Below, piece by piece: positions 40,901 through 49,634 of a DNA stretch of 64,000 nucleotides. This DNA is from Verrucomicrobiaceae bacterium (GTDB taxonomy: Bacteria > Verrucomicrobiota > Verrucomicrobiia > Verrucomicrobiales > Verrucomicrobiaceae). The notes under the pieces are model-generated. The model ran no database searches. It saw nothing but the letters and a program-made list of their open reading frames with translations, and had not been told where the DNA came from. Every line of letters begins with the position of its first letter. The first letter of the stretch is position 1. The DNA lies in assembly GCA_021298725.1 (NCBI GenBank), contig JAJTDU010000013.1, forward strand, positions 2,170 through 66,169, written 5' to 3'. The position numbers and the translations under genes are program-made.

Positions 40901-42098
40901 CAGCGTGGCCGCCGGAGCGCTGCCGACCGGGCTATCCTTGAGCACTTCAGGCGTGATTTCAGGCACCCCCACTGCTGCAGGCACCTACACAGGCACATTG
41001 AGCGCGAGCAATGGCATTGGCTCCGCAGCCTCACAGAGTTTCAGCATCACCATCCAGAAAGCAGCAGCCACGGTGGCACTCGGAAGCTTGGCACCCACCT
41101 ACACCGGCAGCCCGCTAGCAGCCACAAGCACGACGAATCCTGCGAACCTCAGCGTCAGCTACACTTATGACGGCCTCAGCACGATACCGACCAATGCTGG
41201 TAGCTATGCGGTGGTCGCTAGCATCAATGAGCCGAATTATGTAGGCACGGCCAATGGCACTCTGATCATTGCCAAAGCTACGGCCACGGTGAGTCTCGGT
41301 AGTCTGGCACAAACCTACAATGGCAGCGCCAAAGCGGCTACCGCTACGACATCACCGACAGGCCTCACGGTCAATTTAACCTACGATGGATCGGCCACTG
41401 CGCCGACGAATGTGGCCACTTATGCGGTGGTGGGCACAATCAACGACACAAACTACGCTGGCTCTGCCGCAGGGACACTCGTGATCGCCAAAGCTACCGC
41501 CACGATCACCTTGAATGGGCTGACGCAGGCCTACGATGGCAGCGCCAAATCCGTTTCGGCAACGACAAGCCCATTAGGTCTGATGGTGAACGTGACCTAC
41601 AACGGTTCCGCCAGCGCACCCACGAGCCATGGCAGCCACGCGGTCCAGGCGGTCATCGATGACTCCAACTACAACGGCTCGGCTTCCGGCACGCTTCTCA
41701 TTCAGGGCCAGTCCATGAGCCACTGGCGCACGCAGCACTTCTCCCCGGAGCAGATCACGGCAGGTCTCGCTGACGATGACGCCGATCCTGATGGCGACGG
41801 ATGGAAAAACCTCGCCGAATATGCTCTCGGCATGAATCCGATGAGCCGCAACCCGGCATTGCTGCCGGTGCGTGATGCGAATGGTCTGACCTTGAACTTC
41901 ACACGGCCCAAGGACATGCCGGATGTGATTGATGGTGCGCAATCGACGGACGATCTCGCCATCTGGAATGCGCAAACCTTGGAAGTGATCAGTGACGGGC
42001 CAGTTCAGACCATGCGTGTACGTGATCCGCTCACCAGTGGCAATCCCAGCCGACGCATCATGCGTTTGATCTTCGACCGGCCCGCCCCGATCGAGTGA
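37986..42098 (+). CDS. Large secreted Fn3 / putative-Ig / cyclophilin PPIase / MBG-repeat surface protein
   Basis: Signal peptide, three WxDN..E.GF Fn3 units, cyclophilin FHRAIPGFVVQGGG...GTVAMAK...SATNQFFVN, repeated LPxGLSLSxxGVISGTP, three TYxGS...PTN..Y.V MBG-like units, C-terminal DADPDGDG..NLAEYALGMNP. Confidence 0.88.
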   Translation: MCFRSFSLPLLLSLVVLSFATAALAAPTAPTYLAARAETNTSVVLLWNDNSADETGFEIQYTTDLTTNPPPWVSFGTVVANQTGVQLTTPANFAAKYQVRAVNGSGNSAFTPIVTCTQAAFNAPGSLNRLVNQESTLITWADNATTETGFEIETRKLPAGAFSLLGSVGANVVVVDLLGSLEPNSSYEVRIRARTGASAPYTYSGYSNTTSLTTQFNAPTSLTATTASEGTVNLSWSDNSAIEQGYAIYFKPTSSGSYTLFNYSAANASSFSVTGLAAGTAYDFQVAAAFQSSPTNILESARSNTTSATTRDGFTSGTAPPIFHNQPFSYQAVVTTGSARTSWSITGLPTGLDFNSSTGAITGTATVTGAFNCPMSATFANGWTTNNTLQLRVIRAAAAPVSATTIGTQTLAAGGNTSVSLTDKFSDPDSESAVRIVTNLGTMDFILYNTATPQTVTNFLSYVNAAVNNYNGAVFHRAIPGFVVQGGGFKVQSAPNNFSAIPTAASPINEPGISNLRGTVAMAKIGSNPNSATNQFFVNLGNNSSNLDRDSGSPNANGGFTAFARVAGSGMTVADAMAGLPTVNSSVNVNGTPNSSLTDWPLTSASASMDTTKVVSISSAAPVAVLSYAVTGNTNSAVASAVISGTNVQINALSGGQTDVTVRATDLDGNTVTQTFTVTVNQTPVFTNGPPPSTAVVGTAYNFAYTASGFPAPTFSSTGTLPPGLSLSSTGVISGTPTTAGTYSGIVVTAGNGIGVAPTQTISITVDQIPSITSAAPAAGIVGTAYTHTYAATGSPVPTYSLTAGALPGGLSVSTAGVISGTPNTAGTFTGTITSTNRAGSFPQAFSITINQAPAFISGVPTTTGLLGTAYSFTSAASGFPLPTFSVPANTLPTGLTLNSTTGVISGTPSATGAFSGTLTASNGIGSNATQAFSITINQAPTFTSSTPTNSGTFNTAYNFTCTASGFPAPSFSVAAGALPTGLSLSTSGVISGTPTAAGTYTGTLSASNGIGSAASQSFSITIQKAAATVALGSLAPTYTGSPLAATSTTNPANLSVSYTYDGLSTIPTNAGSYAVVASINEPNYVGTANGTLIIAKATATVSLGSLAQTYNGSAKAATATTSPTGLTVNLTYDGSATAPTNVATYAVVGTINDTNYAGSAAGTLVIAKATATITLNGLTQAYDGSAKSVSATTSPLGLMVNVTYNGSASAPTSHGSHAVQAVIDDSNYNGSASGTLLIQGQSMSHWRTQHFSPEQITAGLADDDADPDGDGWKNLAEYALGMNPMSRNPALLPVRDANGLTLNFTRPKDMPDVIDGAQSTDDLAIWNAQTLEVISDGPVQTMRVRDPLTSGNPSRRIMRLIFDRPAPIE

Positions 42099-42101
42099 GG
42101 C

Positions 42102-43148
42102 TTAGCGGAAGATACCCCGTTTAGGCTGCTCTTCGGTCTGCTTCTTGAACTCACCGCTGCGCATTTTTTCAGCGGTGTCTTTGTACCAGAGCGGGCCGTT
42201 GACCTTGAAGTTGTAGATCAGGTCACGGAAGTCGGCCATGAGGCGCTGGTCGTTCATGAGAGCCCCGAGTAGGCCTTTGCTGGAGGAGATGTTCGCGGCG
42301 GCGGCGGAGAAGCTATCAGCGGCTTTTTTAATGGATTGGAGGGACTCATCCGCCGTGGTCATGACCTTGTCTGCCTTGGCGATGGCGGGATCGAGCTTGT
42401 CAAACATGGGGCCGAGTTTCTTGCTCGATTCTTCGACGTTTTTGGCGGCGCCTTTGAAGCTGGCGGCGGCGTCCTTGAGGTCGGTGAGCGCGGTTTTGAG
42501 CGTGAGCGCGTTTTCCTCTCCGAGCACCTTTTCATCGACGCGTTTGAGTGTGTTGTTGAGGTGCTCCATGCCTTCCTTGAAGTCCTGGATGGTGGAGTCG
42601 GCCAGAGCGCCTTTGTTGATCTTGCTCATGGCCTGCTTCACGTCCTGAAGGGAGATTTTGACCTCGTCGAGCACCACATCGACCTTTTCGCCGACGTTTT
42701 TAGCGGTGCTTTGCAGGTCGGAGAGCCCGCCGGCTTTTTCACCCTCGATGACTTGATCGTAGTCGTGCGGCAGGAAGACATCGGTCTCCTTGCCGCTGGG
42801 CTTGATCTCGATGAGAGCGTCCCCCATCAGGCCGGCGGAGCCGACAGCGAAGGTGGCGTCCGCAGGGATCATGACGTCCTTGAAGAGTTCCAGGTCGATG
42901 ATGACGCCGGAGAAGGTGGTGTTGAGCTTGGGCTTGTTCTTCACCTTGCCGACGCGGGAGCCACCGAGAAAGACTGGGGAGCCTTCCTTGATGCCGGAGG
43001 CGTTTGGAAAGGCCACACGCAGCTCGTAGGTATCCTTGAACACCTCGCGCACGCGGCCGAATTGCAAAATGAGGCCGCCGAGCAGGAGCAGCCCGACGAA
43101 GAGGAAAAGCCCGACGAGCATTTCGGTTTTTTTGTCACTGTCGATCAT
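42102..43148 (-). CDS. mlaD: MlaD/MCE family protein
   Basis: N-terminal TM (EMLVGLFLFVG), FPNASGIKEGSPVFLGGSRVGKV, GLMGDALIEI, helical tail. Confidence 0.9.
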   Translation of the reverse strand: MIDSDKKTEMLVGLFLFVGLLLLGGLILQFGRVREVFKDTYELRVAFPNASGIKEGSPVFLGGSRVGKVKNKPKLNTTFSGVIIDLELFKDVMIPADATFAVGSAGLMGDALIEIKPSGKETDVFLPHDYDQVIEGEKAGGLSDLQSTAKNVGEKVDVVLDEVKISLQDVKQAMSKINKGALADSTIQDFKEGMEHLNNTLKRVDEKVLGEENALTLKTALTDLKDAAASFKGAAKNVEESSKKLGPMFDKLDPAIAKADKVMTTADESLQSIKKAADSFSAAAANISSSKGLLGALMNDQRLMADFRDLIYNFKVNGPLWYKDTAEKMRSGEFKKQTEEQPKRGIFR

Positions 43149-43188
43149 GGGAAGGGGGAGGATTGCAGGGTGAAAAGACGCGGGAGGC

Positions 43189-43974
43189 TCAGCCAGTCAC
43201 GTCTGAGCGGCCGTTGATGAAGTTTTGCACAATGGGGTCAGGAGAGGCGCGGATCTCGTCAGGGGTGCCGAGGAAGTGAATCTTGCCCCGGTAGAGCATG
43301 GCCACGCGGTTGGCGATCTTGAAGATGCTGCGCATGTCATGGGTGACGATGATGGAGGTCACGCCGAAGCGCTTCTGCATGCGCAGAATCATCTGGTCAA
43401 TGATGTCGGAGCCGATGGGGTCGAGCCCGGAATTCGGTTCGTCGTACAGGATGCACTCACTGCGGCAGATGATGGCACGGGCGATGCCGGTGCGCTTGCG
43501 CATGCCGCCGGAGAGTGCCGGGGGGTATTTTTCCAGATGCTCGGCGAGATCGACGGCCTCCAGCGCCTCCAGCACGCGGCGTTTGACCTCCGCCTTGTCA
43601 CGCACGCCGCTTTCGATGAGCGGGAAAGCCACGTTTTCCTCCACGGTCATGCGGTCAAACAGCGCGGCTCCCTGGAAGAGCATGCTGACTTTCTGGCGGA
43701 TCGGGGCCATCTCGCGATCCTTGAGCTTGTTGACGTGCATGCCGCCCACAAAGACATCGCCGCTGTCCGGGCGGATGAGGCCGATGATGTGCTTCATCGT
43801 GACCGTCTTGCCCTCACCGCTGGGGCCAATGAGGCAGAGCGTCTCGCCATGCTTCAGCGTGAGGTTGATGCCGCAGAGGATCTCCTGCTTGCCGAAGCGC
43901 TTGTGGACATCCCGCAGCTCGATGAAGACATCGGCGTCATTGCTTGGGGTGGGGCTTGAGGCGGGGGCGGCCAT
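43189..43974 (-). CDS. mlaF: MlaF ABC ATP-binding protein
   Basis: GPSGEGKT, LFQGAALFD, LSGGMRKR, LYDEPNSGLDP, VTHD. Confidence 0.9.
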   Translation of the reverse strand: MAAPASSPTPSNDADVFIELRDVHKRFGKQEILCGINLTLKHGETLCLIGPSGEGKTVTMKHIIGLIRPDSGDVFVGGMHVNKLKDREMAPIRQKVSMLFQGAALFDRMTVEENVAFPLIESGVRDKAEVKRRVLEALEAVDLAEHLEKYPPALSGGMRKRTGIARAIICRSECILYDEPNSGLDPIGSDIIDQMILRMQKRFGVTSIIVTHDMRSIFKIANRVAMLYRGKIHFLGTPDEIRASPDPIVQNFINGRSDVTG

Positions 43975-43976
43975 GA

Positions 43977-44673
43977 TCAGACGGATCCGATGGGGAAGAT
44001 GTAGTTCAGCAAAATGGAGAGGAAGAAATTCACGATCAGCAGCACCAGCGAGGAGATGACCACCGCGTTCGTGGTGCCCGTGCCGACCCCCACGGCACCG
44101 TTTTCCGCCGCCAGGCCCTGGTGGCAGGAGATCAGCGTGATGATCATGCCAAAAACGAAGCCCTTGATCATGCCGATGATCAGGTCTTCCATGTTCGTGT
44201 GGTCGATCATGTGCGTGAGATACCACGCGGAGGGCATGTCGTAGCCGAAGCTCGTCACCATGTAGGAGGCGATCAGGCCGAAGGAGATGCTCTCTGCCAC
44301 GAGGAATGGCATGGAGATCATCATCGCCAGGAAGCGTGGCAGCACGAGGTAATCCACCGGATGCACGCCCATCACGCGCAGCGCATCCACCTGCTCAGTG
44401 ACTTTCATGGTGCCAATGTCCGCCGCCATCGCCGCGCCGACTCGGCCCGCCACCATCAAGCCGGCCAGCACTGGTCCCAGCTCACGGCACAGCGCCACGG
44501 ACACCACCGCGCCCACCGTCGTCTCAAAACCGAACTCCTTGAACTTCGCGTAGCTCTGAAAGGTAAAGACCGCACCTGTGAAGGCCCCGGTCACGATCAC
44601 TACGCCCGCCGAGGTAGCTCAAAAAGTGAAAAAAAACGTGACCTGGAAGGGTCAGCAATCCATACGCATCCAT
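43977..44673 (-). pseudogene. mlaE: MlaE ABC permease, frameshifted near 44604
   Basis: Core RELGPVLAGLMVAGRVGAAMAADIGTMKVTEQVDAL is intact. The N-terminus MDAYGLLTLPGHVFFHFLSYLGG is in another frame and joins directly to VVIVTGAF. Confidence 0.8.
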
Positions 44674-44759
44674 CGACACCCATCATGGCATGATGTGGCA
44701 TGAAGGCAAATCACCATGCCAACACCTTGAGATTGGCTTTCACATCTTTTGCCGGGATC

Positions 44760-46328
44760 TCAATGCGCTGTGGCCTTCTCAGAACCGAGGCCGGTGTGGG
44801 CACGAACGGTGAGTTCAGCGAATTTGGCCTCAGCCTCGGGATCACGAGGCGTGAGAAGCGTTCCGAGCCAAGCAGCGAGGAAACCGATGGGAATGCTGAC
44901 GATGCCAGGATTGCTGAGTGGGAAAGGCGCGTCTTTGCCATAAATGCCGCTGGGACTGAGCAGGATGAGCACGATGGACGCCACCAACCCGACGGCCAGA
45001 CCAGCAACGGCTCCGGAAGTGTTGAAGCGCTTCCAGAACACGCTCAGCACAATGACCGGCAGGTTCGCGGACGCGGCGACGGAGAAGGCAAGGCCGACGA
45101 GGAAGGCGGCGTTCACGGCGGGGCCCAAATAAATGGCGAATCCGATGCTGGCAGCCCCGACACAGAAGGCGGTGATCCGCGCGACGCGGATTTCCTGGCC
45201 CGGACGGTTTTCTTTGCCGTGATGAATGACGTTCGAGTAAAAATCATGAGCGAAGCTGGCGCTGGCGCTCATGGTGAGGCCGGCGACGACCGCGAGGATG
45301 GTGGCGAAGGCCACGGCGCTGATGAAGGCGAAGAAGAACTCGCCGCCGAGCACCTGGGCGAGAACGGGCGCGACCATGTTGACGTCGAGTTTACCGGCGG
45401 TGGTCAGGGTCGCTTTGTCGATGATCGTCGCCGCACCGAAACCGAACAGCGTCGTCATGATGTAGAACAGCCCGATGATGGCCATGGCCCACACGACACT
45501 GGAGCGGGCGGTCTTGGCATCTGGCACGGTGTAAAAGCGCACGAGGATGTGCGGAAGGCCAGCCGTGCCGAGAACGAGGCCGAGGCACAGCGAAATGAGG
45601 TCAATCGGCCCCCATGGCCCTGCGACTGCGACGCCGAATTTCAAGCCCGGCTCCATGAGATTCTTCGGCGCTGCGCTGCCACCGTAGTCAGCGTGGGCCA
45701 CGGCATGGAAGAACTTGGTGAAGCTGAACTCGTGGAACTGGAGAACGAGATAGCTGAGCAGCAGCGCACCGACCATGAGCAGCAGCGCCTTGATGATTTG
45801 CACCCAAGTCGTGGCCAGCATGCCGCCGAAGACGACATAGACGAGCATCAGCACGCCCACGCCGATCACCGCCGGCTCGAAGTCGATACCGATAAGCTGC
45901 TTGATGATCGCGCCCGCGCCGACCATTTGGGCGATCATGTAGAAGGTGGAGACCACCAGTGTGCTGAGGGACGCGAGTGCGCGCACAGGCCGAGGTTTGA
46001 GACGATACGCCAGCAAGTCGGCCATCGTGTATTTCCCGGCGTTGCGCAGCGGCTCGGCGACGATGAGCAGCACAGTGATGTAGGCGACGAGGAAGCCCAC
46101 GGAATACATGAAGCCGTCATAGCCGGCCACATAGATCATGCCGGAAATGCCCAGGAAACTGGCGGCGCTCATGTAGTCACCCGCGACGGCGAGACCGTTT
46201 TGCCAGCCGGTGATGCTGCGCCCAGCGGCGAAGTAGGCGCTAGCGCCCGTGTTTTTCTTCGCGGCCCAGAAGGTGATGAGCAGCGTGAGGCCGACGAAGG
46301 CCAGGAACATGATGAGAGGGGCGGACAT
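44760..46328 (-). CDS. actP: Cation/acetate symporter (SSS family)
   Basis: QNGLAVAGDYMSAASFLGI, AEPLRNAGKYT, GTAGLPHILVRFYTVPD, AVAFATILAVVAGL. Confidence 0.92.
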   Translation of the reverse strand: MSAPLIMFLAFVGLTLLITFWAAKKNTGASAYFAAGRSITGWQNGLAVAGDYMSAASFLGISGMIYVAGYDGFMYSVGFLVAYITVLLIVAEPLRNAGKYTMADLLAYRLKPRPVRALASLSTLVVSTFYMIAQMVGAGAIIKQLIGIDFEPAVIGVGVLMLVYVVFGGMLATTWVQIIKALLLMVGALLLSYLVLQFHEFSFTKFFHAVAHADYGGSAAPKNLMEPGLKFGVAVAGPWGPIDLISLCLGLVLGTAGLPHILVRFYTVPDAKTARSSVVWAMAIIGLFYIMTTLFGFGAATIIDKATLTTAGKLDVNMVAPVLAQVLGGEFFFAFISAVAFATILAVVAGLTMSASASFAHDFYSNVIHHGKENRPGQEIRVARITAFCVGAASIGFAIYLGPAVNAAFLVGLAFSVAASANLPVIVLSVFWKRFNTSGAVAGLAVGLVASIVLILLSPSGIYGKDAPFPLSNPGIVSIPIGFLAAWLGTLLTPRDPEAEAKFAELTVRAHTGLGSEKATAH

Positions 46329-46375
46329 AGGAGGAAAGTGACAAATGCAGAATGACAGAAGCCAAGATGGCGTAA

Positions 46376-46684
46376 TCAGCCCTGGCCATGGATGACGGCG
46401 GCGGCAGCCTTGTCCCATTGGGTGGCGACGCGCACATAGAGGAAGGCCATGACCCAGGCCATGATGAACTGTGACAACGCGAAGACGTAGGCCACGTTGA
46501 CCTCACCCCAGACCTTGGTTTTCATCATTTCCGGGAAATAACCCACGAGCACTGGCAGGGCGAGATAGAACAACATGCCGAAAACAAAGGCGGGAACGAT
46601 GAACGCCTTCTTTTTCGCCAGCAGCGCACGAAATTCCGGCTTTGCCTCCAGTTGTTCCCAGTTCACAGATGATTTTTCGCTCAT
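46376..46684 (-). CDS. DUF485 (YjcH-like) membrane protein
   Basis: EFRALLAKKKAF, two TM helices, YVRVA..WD, immediately upstream of actP. Confidence 0.88.
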   Translation of the reverse strand: MSEKSSVNWEQLEAKPEFRALLAKKKAFIVPAFVFGMLFYLALPVLVGYFPEMMKTKVWGEVNVAYVFALSQFIMAWVMAFLYVRVATQWDKAAAAVIHGQG

Positions 46685-46694
46685 AGAGGGCGCG

Positions 46695-46723
46695 AGGTTA
46701 GGAAGTCGGCTTCGGTTTGGCAA
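46695..46723 (-). promoter_or_regulatory. Putative sigma70 promoter for yjcH-actP
   Basis: TTGCCA-17 nt-TAACCT, 10 nt before ATG 46684. Confidence 0.55.
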
Positions 46724-46769
46724 GACCTAGCGTCCAAACGGGCGTGAAATCTTCTCCAGTCGTGATCTC

Positions 46770-47684
46770 TCACTCAAACGCGCTGATCACCGGCTTGCCG
46801 TCGAATTCGGCGGGCAGCGGCACATCCAACAGCCACAGCGCCGTCGCGGCGGTGTCGTAGGTCGTCACGGGATCGGTGATGGTGAAGTTTTTCTTCACGC
46901 CTTTGCCCCAGGCCACCCAGGGGATGAGCATGTCATCAGGAATGTTCAGGCCGTGTGTTTTGTCATGCCCGCCGTGGTCGGCGCTGATGAGCAGCACGCT
47001 GGAATCGGCAAGGCCCGCGTCTTGGATGGCCTGCCAGACCTGCCAGAGCGCTTGGTCGGTGACTTTAAGCGCCTCTTTTTGCTGCGGCGAACCCCAGCCG
47101 TCCTTGTGCCCGGCGGTGTCAGGATCAGCAAAGTGAATGAAGCAGAGCCGTGGCTTGTGCTCCTTGATCCAGGGTGCAGCCTGCTTCGCCACCATTTGTG
47201 AAGGCTTTTTGTCCTTCTCAATCTCGGGAGACCCCGCCACCGGGGCCGTTGTCTGCGGCCCGCCAAAGTCGAAGAGATCCACCGTATCCTTCAGCCACAA
47301 GTGGCGGAACTTGATCTTGCCCACAAACATCGCGGTCACCGCCTTGGAATCGGTGGCTTTGAGCAGCGAGAACACGGTGGGCACCTTCACCGGTCCACGG
47401 ATCGGTGTGAAGGCGTTCCACAGGATCTGGTGCTTGGCCGGTCCCACGCCCGTGAGCATGGAGGTGTGCGAGGGCAGCGTGATCGAGGGAAAAATCGTGC
47501 TCGCCTGCCATGTGACCGCGCCTTCAGCGGCGATTTTCTTCAGCGTGGGCGTCTCCGCCTCTGCCACAACCGCCGGCTTGGCTCCGTCAATGCTGACAAT
47601 GAAGACATGCTCGGCCCGCGGAGCCGCGTGGGCGGTGAAAGCAAGAGCCAGGGCGGATGCAATGAGGCGGGTGGTGAATCGCAT
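46770..47684 (-). CDS. Alkaline phosphatase superfamily (nucleotide pyrophosphatase/phosphodiesterase) protein
   Basis: IVSIDG, PSITLPSHTSMLTG, DPDTAGH, ISADHGG, signal peptide. Confidence 0.88.
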   Translation of the reverse strand: MRFTTRLIASALALAFTAHAAPRAEHVFIVSIDGAKPAVVAEAETPTLKKIAAEGAVTWQASTIFPSITLPSHTSMLTGVGPAKHQILWNAFTPIRGPVKVPTVFSLLKATDSKAVTAMFVGKIKFRHLWLKDTVDLFDFGGPQTTAPVAGSPEIEKDKKPSQMVAKQAAPWIKEHKPRLCFIHFADPDTAGHKDGWGSPQQKEALKVTDQALWQVWQAIQDAGLADSSVLLISADHGGHDKTHGLNIPDDMLIPWVAWGKGVKKNFTITDPVTTYDTAATALWLLDVPLPAEFDGKPVISAFE

Positions 47685-47804
47685 AAGGATAAGAGCGCGA
47701 AGTAACGCCATTCGGCTCAAGTTGCTTCCAAAACATTGCGACACCGTTGTTGCAGCGCTTGCGCCTTGAGCAGCCCCGCACCCTGCGCCAAGTGTGTGCT
47801 GTTC

Positions 47805-49565
47805 ATGGAAGCCTGGATCGTCATCTCACTGCTCATCATTGCCGTCATCGCCTTCGCCACGGAGAAAATCTCCGTGGACTTGGTCACGTTGGGAATGCTG
47901 TGCGTGCTAGTTCTGTGCGGCATTTTGCGGGTGGACCAAGCCTTCGCAGGCTTTGGCGACCGCGTCATCGTGCTGCTGGCCTCCATTTTCATCATCGGTG
48001 CCGCGCTGCGTGAAACCGGCATCTTGGATGCGATGGGCGGGCTGCTTGCCCGTGGGCTGGGCAAGCGGCCAGCGCTGCTGCAGACCGTGCTCATGGCGGT
48101 GGTGGGACTCATTTCCGCTTTTATGAACAATACCACCGTGACCGCCGTGTTTCTCGGCCCGGTGATGGGTCTGGCGCGGCGGATCGGCGTGCCGCCTTCG
48201 CGTTTGCTCATGCCGCTGGCCTTTGCTGCTATCCTCGGCGGCACCTGCACTCTGATCGGCACCTCCACGAATGTGGCCGTCAGCGGCGCGATCACCAAGC
48301 TGGGCCTGGAGCCGCTTGGCATGTTCGAGTTCACCCATGTCGGTCTGGTGGTGCTGGTTAGTGGCATCGCCTTCATGGTGCTGTTTGGTTCCAAACTGGT
48401 GCCGGAGCGTGATCAAGTCACCGTCAGCGCCGATGCCTTGCGCGAATACCTAGCCGAGGTCGTCGTGTTGCCAAACTCGCCGCTCATTGGCCAGGAAGCC
48501 TTTGATTCGGACTTTTCCGCGCTCGAATTTCAGGTGCTCAAAATCAACCGCCAGGGCCAGTTGCTCGATGCCGGGCCAAATCTGCGCTTTGAGACGGGGG
48601 ATGTCGTGCTGGTAGCCGGCAAGGTGGAAAACCTCATCAAGGTGAAGAAAATCGAAGGCCTCGACATCCTAGAGGACGTCACGCTGCGCAGTTCCGGCAT
48701 CGACATGCGCGACGCGCAAGTCGCCGAGGTCGTGCTCACACCGCGCTCCGGCATGGTGGGCCGCTCCCTGCGGGAAAACAACTTCCGCCAGCGCACCGGC
48801 CTCTCTGTGCTCGCCCTCATGCGCGGCGAGCGCTCCCTGCTGCACCACATGGCCGATGAAAAACTGCACGCCGGCGACGTGCTGCTGCTCCAGGGCGCAA
48901 ACGAGCGCTTCCGCTCCATTGAGGAGGGCGGTGAGATCGTCGTCCTCACCCAGCACCAGTTCAGCGCCGAGGCACGCCGCCGCGGCTTCATCCTGCTGGC
49001 CGCGTTCGTGCTCGCGGTCATTGCCAGCAGCCTTGAGTGGATACCAGACACCATCGCCTTCGTCCTCGTCGCCATGTTTGCCGTTTGCTCACGCTGCATC
49101 AGCCTCGAAAACGCCTACGCCAACATCGACTGGCGGCTGCTCATCCTCATCGGCGGCATGATGGCCTTCGGCGTGGCGATGCAGTCCTCCGGAGCCGCCG
49201 CCATGGTGGCCGATGCCATCACCGGTTGGCTGCAACCCTGGGGCGTCTTCGCCGTCTTCGCCGGCTTCTGCGTCCTCACCGTCCTACTCACGCAGCCAAT
49301 GTCGAACGCCGCCGCTGCGCTCGTCGTGCTGCCCGTCGCCATGCAGGCTGCGGTGTCGATGGGGGCCAGTCAGCGCGCCTTTGCCATCGGCGTGATGCTC
49401 AGCGCCTCCGTCTCCGTGCTCACCCCCTTCGAACCGAGCTGCATCCTCGTCTATGGCCCCGGCAAATACCGCTTTTCCGACTTCATCAAAGCCGGCGGCG
49501 GCCTCACCTTCGTCATGCTCCTCATTGTCCTGGCGATGGTGCCGATGTGCTGGCCGCTGAAATAG
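47805..49565 (+). CDS. SLC13/DASS family permease with TrkA-C domains
   Basis: SAFMNNT, LGGTCTLIGTSTN, two NSPLIG/SGMVGRSL TrkA-C units, MSNAAAA, YGPGKYRFSDF. Confidence 0.9.
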   Translation: MEAWIVISLLIIAVIAFATEKISVDLVTLGMLCVLVLCGILRVDQAFAGFGDRVIVLLASIFIIGAALRETGILDAMGGLLARGLGKRPALLQTVLMAVVGLISAFMNNTTVTAVFLGPVMGLARRIGVPPSRLLMPLAFAAILGGTCTLIGTSTNVAVSGAITKLGLEPLGMFEFTHVGLVVLVSGIAFMVLFGSKLVPERDQVTVSADALREYLAEVVVLPNSPLIGQEAFDSDFSALEFQVLKINRQGQLLDAGPNLRFETGDVVLVAGKVENLIKVKKIEGLDILEDVTLRSSGIDMRDAQVAEVVLTPRSGMVGRSLRENNFRQRTGLSVLALMRGERSLLHHMADEKLHAGDVLLLQGANERFRSIEEGGEIVVLTQHQFSAEARRRGFILLAAFVLAVIASSLEWIPDTIAFVLVAMFAVCSRCISLENAYANIDWRLLILIGGMMAFGVAMQSSGAAAMVADAITGWLQPWGVFAVFAGFCVLTVLLTQPMSNAAAALVVLPVAMQAAVSMGASQRAFAIGVMLSASVSVLTPFEPSCILVYGPGKYRFSDFIKAGGGLTFVMLLIVLAMVPMCWPLK

Positions 49566-49634
49566 TCTTTTAAGCTACCTCAGACGAGACCTCTTCAAGG
49601 TCATGCGTTGAAAAGATGAAGGGCCGACGGTTGT

